DNA of 64,000 bases, taken from Octopus bimaculoides. Lineage: Eukaryota. A program made the translations under genes and the position numbers. Below, piece after piece: positions 38,301 to 49,700 of the stretch (position 1 is the first letter of the stretch; every line of letters starts with the position of its first letter). The stretch spans positions 194,584,458-194,648,457 of the forward strand of contig NC_068981.1 of NCBI RefSeq assembly GCF_001194135.2. The letters run 5' to 3'. The notes beneath the pieces were generated by a model that was given only the letters and a program-made list of their open reading frames with translations, was not told the origin of the DNA and did not search any database.

Positions 38301-41300
38301 TCTAAACTCAGAAGGTAGGAAATGTCTGAACAATTGGTCAGTGATATTTTTTTTCAGTCGTCGCCTTCCCGGTACTCATGCCAGTGACACGTGAAAAGAC
38401 ATTTGAGCGAGGTTGTTCCAGTGCCGCTGGACTGGCTCCTGTGCAGGTGGCATGTAAAATACACCATTTTGAGCGTGGCTGTTGCCAGTACCGCCTGACT
38501 GGCTTTCGTACTGGTGGCACGTAAAAGCACCCACTACACTCTCGGAGTGGTTGACATTTGGAAGGGCATCCAGCTGTAGAAACTCTGCCAAATCAGATTG
38601 GAGCCTGTTTGCAGCCATCTGGTTCACCAGTCCTCAGTCAAATCGTCCAACCTATATAAAATAAATGCGCCCTTTTAAAGCCTACCCAGGCTCATGGGCC
38701 CGGTTTCCCGGTTTCTATGGCGTATGTGTTCCCCATCTGGACGGGACGCCAGTCCATCGCAGCGTTACTCATTTTTGCTAGCTGAGTGGACTGGAGCAAC
38801 GTGAAATGAAGTGTTTTGCTCAAGAACACAACTTGTCGCTCGGGCCAGGAATTGAAACCACAATCTTTACGATCATGATGCTGACACCCTAACCACTAAG
38901 CCATGCGCCTCCACCGTCCAACCTATGCGAGCATGGAAAGCGGATGTTAAACGATGATGATTGCTATTTCTAGCAAGTCAAGAAACTGTATAAAACAGAA
39001 GTTCTTAAACGTTTTTTTGCCTATGGAATCCTTTGCTTCCTGTTTTACTCAGGTGGACCCCTGCACCCATTCAGTGTTTAAAAAAATCCTATCATATTTT
39101 CATAATTAAATATTATTAGGAATTGTGTAGAGGTAGACCCAGGAAGACATGGGATGAGGTGGTGAAGCATGATGCATAATCTTCAAACTTTGGGCCTCAC
39201 AGAGGCAATGACTGGTGACCGAGACCCTTGGCGATATGCAGTGCTTGAGAAGCCCTGTCAAGCCAAGGGAAATTGTAGTCAAGGCTGATGCTGGTGTCAT
39301 GTAACTGGCATGTAAAGAGCACCTTTTGTGCGTTGGACCTCCCAGAAGCAAAGTGGCCAGTGGCACGTGAAAAGGTCCCTTTGAGTGTTGGGCCTCACGG
39401 AGACAATGACAAATGACTGAGACCTTGGCATTATGTTGTGCTTGAGAAGAAGACCCATCAAGCCGAGCAAAATCACAGTCGTGGCAGATACTGGTGTCAC
39501 ACAAATGGCACCTGTGCCAGTGGCATGTAAAAGCACTCATTACAGTCTCGGATTGGTTGGCATTAGGAAGGGCATCCAGCCATGGAAAGCCATGCCAAAT
39601 CAGACTGGAGTTTGGTGCAGCCTTCCAGCTTACCAACCCTGGTCAAACTGTCCAACCCATGCCAGCATGGACAACAGAGACGTTAAATGATGATGATGTG
39701 TGCAAAAAAAAATTTTTTAATATTTTTTATATTGTAGAAGTACAACCAATTTAATGCACATAAATTTTAACAACAAAATCTTGCATGGACCCTGAAGGGC
39801 CGTGTGAACCCCAGTTGAGAACCACCAGTGTGGAGCAATGGTTCTTATAGTCTCGGGTCACATTCCTCCCCTTATAATCCCACCTATTCTCAATCCCCCC
39901 CCCCTTTTCACTTCTCATCAAATAATTGAATGGTTTGAAACTGGATGAAGTCTAAAACAGCAGAATTTTTATCAACTGTTCACTTGTGATCATCTTTATA
40001 CTTGTACATATTGGCAATCCATTTGAATAAATGGACACGGACACACACATACATATAGAGTTAAAGGCGGTGAGCTGGCAGAAACGTTAGCACGCCGGGC
40101 AAAATGCTTAGCGGTATTTCATTTGTCTTTATGTTTTGAGTTCAAATTCCGCCGAAGTTGACTTTGCTTTCATCCTTTTGGGGTTGATGAATGAAGGTTA
40201 TGCCCCAGCATGGCTGCAGTTGACTGAAACAAGTAAAAGACAAATATATACTATTAACTTACAAAATTACTATTTTTAAATCTCACAACGAGAGATATTC
40301 AGCAACAGTACTTTGGAGTAAAGATTGTTTGCCAACATAACATGGCAGTCCTGGTTTAGGACAAATGTTGCTGTAATTTAGCCCCAGGAGACATCGTCTC
40401 CATCTGGCTACACATCATGATCTGTGTCCTTATATTTTCGAACAAGGGAATCTAGCACCCCCACTCAGTTCAAAACAATATCTGTGTCTCGCGACTTCTG
40501 GGTTATTTCCCTTCATCAGCACAGAATAATTGTTCGGCTAGAGGTGGCACTGCCAAATTCCCATTCGAAATATATAGTTTTTAAAGTGACAACTAGTCAC
40601 TGATCCATCAATTAGAAAATTACTATTTGTAAATCTCACAACGAGAGATATTCAGCAACAGTACTTTGGAGTAAAGATTGTTTGCCAACATAACATGGCA
40701 GTCCTGGTTTAGGATGAATGTTACTGTAATACTATTAACTTGTTTGAAAATCTTTCATAAACTACCAAGGTCTCCAGAAGTTGCATCTAACTCCATTCTC
40801 AGCTGTGTTGAGTTAGAACGATATCACATCTGGGATAGGTTCCTCATCCTTTCAAAGCTAACTTCCCTCGTATGATCTCATACTTGTCCCACACTACAAT
40901 TAGTGAACAAAACCATTTAGAATTAACACCTTCCCCATTCACCAGTCCCACCCACACTGATATGTTGCGTAATTACTGCTGTGTGTTGTTTTATCTTCAT
41001 TTGGTTTGTGTTAAAAGTTTAACGTGTTTAATTTTTGGACCTGAATTTCTTGTTAATAGGATTTGATTTTGGAACGAAACAAACTGGTGACCTTGTGTGG
41101 GACGTCCAGCTTCCAAGTTGGTGCCAGGGCAATGCACGTTTGTTTGTTTTGATTCATCGACAAGCCTTAGAATCTCCATATGTCTCAGAAAATATCCATC
41201 GGTGGATTAACTTGGTCTATGGTTACAAACAACAGGGAGATTCAGCTGTCCAGGCCATTAATGTCTTTCACCCAGCTGTGAGTATACCGTTTGGCATTTC

Positions 41301-42811
41301 TTGACCATTCCACTGCCCATACCATCTTCCACATTCTCTCACACGTGCCTGTTCTACTCCCCACCCATAGTTTTCTGTTTGTCCCCTCCCCCCCAATTGT
41401 CTCCCTATTTTCATGTTGTTATTTTTTTTCCTTCTTCAACAGACGTATTTTGGTGTTGATGTGGACAGTGAGAAGGACCCAGTCCACCGACAAGCCTTGA
41501 TAACCATGATCAAAACGTATGGTCAGACCCCAAAACAACTGCTACGGACACCACACCCCCAACTCCCTCCCTATCTTCTCACACAGATATTTCCTAGTTT
41601 AGCAAATGTTGGCAAACCCACAACAATGGTAAGTTCCTTGGTTTTTTTTTTGTTGCGTTCCTTGTTTGTTTTTGTTGTTGTGTGCCATCAAGAGATAACT
41701 GGATATGACATGGCATGCGTGAAGATTAAGGCACCGGATTGCTGATTCTGTAGTTTTAACCCTCTAGCATTTAAACTGACCATATCCAGACCAAACATTC
41801 TGCCTTGTTTTATGATCAAAACAGCCAGATCCATCCTGTCATACCTACCCTACAATGTCATTCTAAAAATAAACGATTGCATCATTGAAATCTCAAAGCT
41901 GTGAGATAATCTTTTCTACTCTAGGCACAAGGCCCAAAATTTTAGGGGAGGGGGCCAGTTGATTAGATCGACCCAGTACGCAACTGGTACTTAATTTATT
42001 GAACCTGAAAGGATGGAAGGCAAAGTCAACCTCGGTGAAATTTGAACTCAGAACGTAAAGACAGACGAAATACCACTAACTATTTCACCCGGCGTGCTAA
42101 CATTTCTTATTTCTTTACTGCCCACAAGGGGCTAAACATAGAGGGGACAAACAGAATGTAATGGCAGATGAAATACCGCTAAGCATTTCGCCCGGCGTGC
42201 TAATGTTTCTGCCAGCTCGCTGCCTTAAAGCTATGAGATAATGCATGATTAATTCGAGACAAAGTGATTAGGTGTTACATTTGACAGAGTAATCTGAATG
42301 CTGAACAGTCAAGTTCAAATCTTGCTTTAGACGTTGAAATCATTAAGCAGGCTACATAACATCAATTGGGTCAGTTTGCCTGACTGACAACAGGTTCCAC
42401 TTCTTGTTGCCATCAGTAACAGACTAACATTGTAACATGCTGCTCGTGTTCAACCGGGGGGGGGGGGGAATATTGTCCTACTTGGAAACAGGTGAAGGTT
42501 AGTGACAGTAAAGACATCCTGCCATAGAATATCTGCTTTAATGAATTCCATCTGACCCATGCAAACACAGAAAAGTGGACGTTAAAATCATCATCATCAT
42601 CATCATGTAATGTTTGTTTTCCATGTTGGCATGGGTTGGACGGTTTGACAGGATCTGATAAGGTCAGGAGCTACATCGGGTTCCATTTTTTGTGTTGGTT
42701 TGGTTTCTACAGCTGGATGCCTGTCCTAACACCAACCACTTTACAGAATGGCCATAACAAAATAGCACAAATGATGATAATGTGTATATGTATGTTTACA
42801 TGTATGGTATG

Positions 42812-42850
<39 letters not shown>

Positions 42851-43653
42851 AAAAGCTATGTAATATTTCTGTGTCGTTTCTGTTACAGATCTCCAGTTTA
42901 AGTTGTGTTAAAGGTTTAAACTGGGGAGACTATGTCGGTTCCCCAGACTGCCCCCCTCCTGCTGTGATACACCGAAAAGAGACTAGATCTGTTGCTGCTG
43001 TTAAACTTATCGCCCTCCAGACAGGAGAGGTATTTGGAATCCGAAACGAAAGTTGTCTTCTAACCATGTGTAGCAAAGACCGAGGTAATTACTGGGTTTT
43101 TAAAAACTTTTTTTTATGTTTCAGTTATTGGACTGTGGCCATGCTGGGGCACCAACTTAAAGGATTTAGTCGAACAAATTGATACCAGTACTTATTTTTT
43201 TAACCTGGATTGTGCAACGAGATTCAAGTATCTTTCCACAGCCATTATGCTTCATATTGTTTAGAGAAGTCTTTGGAGTGTCTAGATATCAAGGTGCTTT
43301 AACATAGAACCACCCGTGGTTCAATGTTACAGCACTTCCTGTTTTAAAGTGACTTAAATTAAAACCTTCTTTAATAATGAGTCATTTTATTAAAGCTTTT
43401 ATTTTAAAAATCAAAAGGCAGTGTATTTCAATAGAACGCATCATCGTCGTTGTCAGGCAGCATGGTGACAAAAAGCTTTTGCATCAAAAGTGCACAGGAG
43501 TGGCTGTGTGGTAAGTAGCTTGCTTACCAACCACATGGTTCCGGGTTCAGTCCCACAGTGTGGCACCTTGGGCAAGTGTCTTCTACTATAGCCTTGGGCT
43601 GACCAAAGCCTTGTGAGTGGATTTGGTAGACAGAAACTAAAAGAAGCCCGTCG

Positions 43654-43696
<43 letters not shown>

Positions 43697-46204
43697 ATAT
43701 GGTTGTGTCTGTGTTTGTGCCCCCAACTTCGCTTGACTAAAGGCAGTGTTCCAGCATGGCCACAGTCAAATGAGTGAAACAAATAAAGGAATAAAAGAAT
43801 TATGTTCCAAACGTCAGCTTAATTAGTTTAATAAAAACGTTTTTTTTTTAATGAAACTCTTCATTATTTTCAAAATTAAAACCAAATTGAAACAAAAGGT
43901 TTAATTCCACACCAAAACAATGTCTGCGTAGTCTTTTACTTTGTCAGTATTTGGCGTCAGATCTCACCTTTAACAATGCCTTCTCTGATCTATTCTACAG
44001 GGTGTCCACAAAGTCTGGGTACATGGGGATTAACACATACTCTAAGAAATTATTATTTCTGATATTTAATTGTTTATGTTATGATTTTATTTACTCCATG
44101 TACCCAGACCTTGTGGACACCCTGAATTTAGAAATCAAACCAACAACCAACTACATTCTTCTCTCTCTCTATTTCTTGTCACAGGTGTTATTGGTATAAA
44201 TACCACTGATGTGATATGGGCCGCTATACTTAGTTGGAAACATCCGGATGGTATTCTTCGTATTACAAATAATCCTGATAGAAGTCCAGTCAACTTCCTT
44301 CAAGTCAGTCCTTATGATCAGGTCAGCTCAACACTCTCCCTAATTAACAATCTATCATCTTCATCATTGCATTCTTTTCTGTTGATTGCATTAACAGTGC
44401 TCATATCATTTTCATTGTCTACCACTGGCCCCTTTCCATCAATGGTGCTACTACAATTGTTAATGGTTTCTATCACGGACCCCTTCCATTTATAATATCT
44501 ATCACTCACCCTCTTTTTATTGTCTACAACTTTCCCCCCTCCCTTCCTGGTGTTTACAATTGTCCCCCCTTCCATTAACAGCCTCTACCTCTGTCTCCTC
44601 TTTTTCAGACCACTTGTATAGCATCTGTTCCTGACTGTCGTTTATTGTTTATTGGAGGCAGAGCTGGTGTGATAACAGTGTACACTACCCTGCACAATAC
44701 AGCAAAGGTAAGTAACACCACCAGGGTGTGTGTGCCAGTGGCATGTAAAAAGCACCAACCAAACATGGCCAATGCCAGTACCCCCTGACTGGCCCCCTTG
44801 CCAGTGGCACATAAAAAGCACCATCCGACGTGGTTGATGCCAGGTTCACTTGACTGGCTCCCATGTCAGTGGCATGTAAAAAGCACCAACCAAACATGGC
44901 CAATGCAAGTACCCCCTGACTGGCCCCCTTGCCAGTGGCATGTAAAAAGCACTATCCGAATGTGATCGATGCCAGGCCCGCCTGACTAGCATGTAAAAAG
45001 CACCCGCTACACTCTTGGAGTGGTTGGCCTTAGGAATGGCATCCAGCTGTAGAAATACTGCCAGATCAGATTGGAGCCTGGTGCAGCCATTGGCTCTCCA
45101 GACCTCAGTCAAACTGTCCAACCCATGCCAGCATGGAATGCAGACGTTAAATGATGATATATACACACACACACACACAAGAGTTAAGGAATGGAGTAGA
45201 TAAGATCTGGGCTACATATGTTTCACAGCGAGTGGAACCTCAGAAGTGGTAAATATCCAGGTAAGGTGTATACTGCAGGCTACTCTTCAGGCTGAGAATA
45301 TCTTGGTTAAATGTAAGTTTACTTTGCTGCAAGGAAGTACATGTTAACCCATGGAAGATGCACAACCTTCCGTCTCAATAAACCACTATTGTCTCTGAAA
45401 GATGTTTTTTTTATATCTACTACGGATTGCTTGAAGCTAACTTTCTTCCTACACCTCAATCCCTGGATCTTTATATATATATATATATTTAAACACAAAA
45501 GAGGCGAGCCTTAACAGGTTGCCTTACATACTAGAAGGAACAGTCAAAAAGTCCAGTTAAGAGCAATTTCGAAAGGAATGAAAAATAAAAACATTTCCCG
45601 TGTTTTACAGCCGGACCTTTGGTTTCGAACTTTAATTAACAAATAAAATAAAGTGCAAGGCGAAGTTCTCATCAGTGGATAGGCCAAAACATTAACANNN
45701 NNNNNNNNNNNNNNNNNNNNNNNNNNNNNNNNNNNNNNNNNNNNNNNNNNNNNNNNNNNNNNNNNNNNNNNNNNTATATATATATATATATGCACATACA
45801 CATTAATATGGAACAGCCTGCTCATGAAATTAACGTGCAAGTGGTTGAGCACTCCACAGACATATGTACCCTTAACGTAGTTCTCAGGGGGGAGATTCAT
45901 CATGACACAGAGTGTGACAAGGCTGGCCCCTTTAAAATACAGAAACAGTAAGAAAGAGTGAGAGAAAGTTGTGGTGAAAGAGTACAGCAGGGTTCACCAC
46001 TACCCCTTGCCGAAGCCTTGTGGAACTTTAGGTGTTTTCGCTCAATAAACACTCACAACGCCTGGTCTGGGAATTGAAACTGCGACCCTACGACCACAAG
46101 CCTGCTGCCCTAACCACTGGGCCATTACTTCTCCACATTATATACACATGCCGTAAGAGAATGGAGTATCTGGTATTACCATACAGTAAAGATATGACGA
46201 CAGG

Positions 46205-46242
<38 letters not shown>

Positions 46243-46662
46243 ATGTATATAAGGTGTGAGAGAAGATAACGTCTTGTATAACAATGATAAGGTGGTGATG
46301 ATGAATGACATTGATGATAGTGGTTGTGATGATGTTAGGGGCCCTGTCCAGTTTATATATTTGTATATCTTTTCTCTTATTATTGCTGTTTGTTTTCCTT
46401 TTTGGTCAGAAATCTCACCTGCAAGTGTTAGGCCACAAGAAACAACTTTATGGTCACACCTGTCCCATAACGACAATTACTGTGTGTAAATCTTACAGTA
46501 TTTTTGTCAGTGCTAGTGAAGATGGGCTGTGTATCATCTGGGACTTGAATCGGTAAGTTTCTTGATTTCGTTATTTGCATTATTTATGTATGGGCATATG
46601 GTGTAGTGGTTAAGAGCACCGGCTACTAACCCCAAGATTCCGAGTTGGATTCCAGGCAGTGA

Positions 46663-46713
<51 letters not shown>

Positions 46714-49700
46714 GACATAGTCTTAATTGAGAAAGAAAACAAACTATGCTGGATCATAGATATAGCATGCCCGGCTAACAACAAGGTATGCGACAAGGAA
46801 GAAAGAAAAGTCGAGAGATATGACAGGTTAGCTTGGGAGGTAAAGCAGTTGTGGTCGATGAAAAAGGTTGCAGTAGTACCAGTAATTGTTGGAGCCCTGG
46901 GAACAGTGAGCAAAAATCTTGCGAAGTACGTGGGACAAATAGGGGCTGCAATAAGGGTGGAGCACTTGCAGAAAACAGTACTGCTTGGAACTGCTCGAAT
47001 ACTCCGGAAGGTGCTCGAAAATAAGAGGTGTTACCTTAGTTCACTGGTAGTGAACAGCTGATGCTGTAGTACATCTCCAGCATTAGAAGCTATGCAAAGG
47101 TAATAATAATAATAATAATAATAATAATGATAATAATAACAACAACATCGAAAAATACCTTAGGAATGAGAACCCAGGTTCAAAATTTCCCCAAGACACC
47201 TGATGAAGGCTGGAGGGTATATCAGCCGAAATGTTGTGTTAACAACAAACAAGATGAGGACAAATATCTGTCAAATGTAAATAATTCCTCATCTCTTAGA
47301 TATAGAACTGTATTCTTGATTTCATATCATCTGCAATTAAAAACAATTCATTTTAACAATTCTTACCATCATCCTCATCATAATGGTAACAAGCTTATTG
47401 TATACAGTGCTCAGGTGCACCACAACTCATCAGAAAGGGTATATATGTGTGTATATATGTATGTATATAAGGTGTAAGAGAAGAGATCTTGTATAACAAT
47501 GGTAAGATGGTGATGATGAATGACAATGATGATAGTGGTTGTGGTGATGTTAGGTGACCTGTCCAGTTTAGTGTAAACGATGGTGATGATGATGATCATC
47601 ATCATGTGATGGTGGTAAATGGTTGTCACAGTCATACAAGCAGCATCCTTCATTTTGAATGTTCCATGAAACAGGTCCGTCCACAGGGAAATATTCTCTT
47701 ATTTGGAAAGAGGTGAATGTTGGCGACATGAGAGGCACCTAGCTGTAGGAAAACCTGCCTCAGCAATTTCCAAGTGATCCCTACAAACATGGAAAGGTGG
47801 ATGTTAAGTGATGATGTGAAAGAATCTTGAAAAATTATAAAGCGAAAACAAGTTGGTGTAAATGGCCATCATAGTTGTGTTTTTATTTTTTTTTATTTTT
47901 CAATATGTGTATTTCCGTTTCTTTCCACAGGCTGTCCTATGTGCGCTCCATAGAAGGCCATACGTGTAGTGTAAACACTATTGCTATCAGTGAAACACTG
48001 GGTGATATTGTCACAATAAGTTCTGCTGGTAAATATTACATTATATAGCATTTAATATTACACGACCATAAAATACACACACACACACACACACAGAGCA
48101 GATATGAATCTCAAACACACTCACAACACAGTGAGCCTTCAGCAAACATTCCGTTCTGTCTGTTGAGTTGCACTCCAGATGAACTCACAGTCCATTGCCA
48201 CTCCCACTCTATCTCTGCTCTCACTCACTTCTACCGCAACCCGTCTGATCCATGTTAGCAATCTACCACCAATAGTCGTTGCCTGTCCACTAAACTCTCG
48301 CTCATTTTTACCATTTTTTTACACTTCAGATGTCGGCAGTATTATGATGCTGCATACAGTCAATGCACAACTAGTTGCTGTACATAACTGCGAAGATAGA
48401 ATACTGTGTGCCGCTTACTCCAGTGCTGCTGAAGGACGTTCTGTGAATGTTATTGCTGGGGGATTAAGTGCTGGAATAGTTCGGTAAGTAAAACTAGTAT
48501 TGTTCCCATTGTACTCACTACATGCCCTCCTCTGCCTTACATTCCGCTGTCCCATTTGTATAACAACTCTCTCATTTTACTCCCTCTCCTTCACCTCTTA
48601 TCTCTTTCTCTCTCTTACTCTAACGTAACACATGACTGGAGTAATCAATCAACCAACCCGACTTTACAGCCATTGTCATTAATATATATTTTCATCATCA
48701 TTTAACATTAATTTTTCCAAGTTCAAATGCATTACAGTAATCCCTCGACTATCGCAGGTGCTACATTCCAAAACCCTCCATGGTAGGTGAAAATCCATGA
48801 AGTAGAAACAGTACTCATCAGAAGGCGGCGAGCTGGCAGAAACGTTAGCACCACAGGCGAAATGCTTAGCGGTATTTCGTCTGCCATTACGTTCTGAGTT
48901 CAAATTCCGCCGAGGTCGACTTTGCCTTTCATCCTTTCGGGGTCGATAAATTAAGTACCAGTTACGCACTGGGGTCGATGTAATCGACTTATTTCCTTTG
49001 TCTGTCCTTGTTTGTCCCCTCTATGTTTAGCTTAGCCCCTTGTGGGCAGTAAAGAAATAAGAAACAGTACTCATCATCATCATCATCATCGTCATTTAAC
49101 GTCCGCTTTCCATGCTAGCATGGGCTGGATGGGTTGACTGAGGACTGGCAAGCCAGGAAGCTGCACCAGGCTCCAGTCTGATCTGGCAAAGTTTCTACAG
49201 CTGGATGCCCTTCCTAACGCCAACCACTCCAAGAGTGTAGTGGGTACTTTTATGTGCCACCAGCATGAGTGCCAGTCAGGTGGTTCTGGCAATGACCACG
49301 CTCAAAAGGTGTTTTTTTTACATGCTACCTGCATGGGAGCCAGTCCGGCGGCACTGGCAACAACCATGCTCGAATGTTGTTTTTCATGTGCCTCCGGCAC
49401 GGGAGCCAATACGTGACTCTGGCAATGATCACGCTCAGACATGATTTTAACATTCCAATGGCACGAGTGCCAATCAGGCAGAACAGTCATCAGGGATTTT
49501 GATTTGATTTCACTTGCCTCAATAGGTCTTTGCAAGAAAAGTTTGTCCAATGAACGAGGGGTACTCATACACTTACTGTATATGAAACCATTGGTAGCTT
49601 TGTTAACCTAGAAATAAAAAAACAAAAAGTGTTTATCCACCACTGCAGTGTTGAGCATTCATTCTCACTTTTTGATGTTTAGTAATAATGTGTTAATCCC

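Noticed and set aside
46592-46666. tRNA gene (also heads of SINE families A, B, G, H)
   Set aside because: The acceptor stem does not close, and each head continues into a repeated SINE body.
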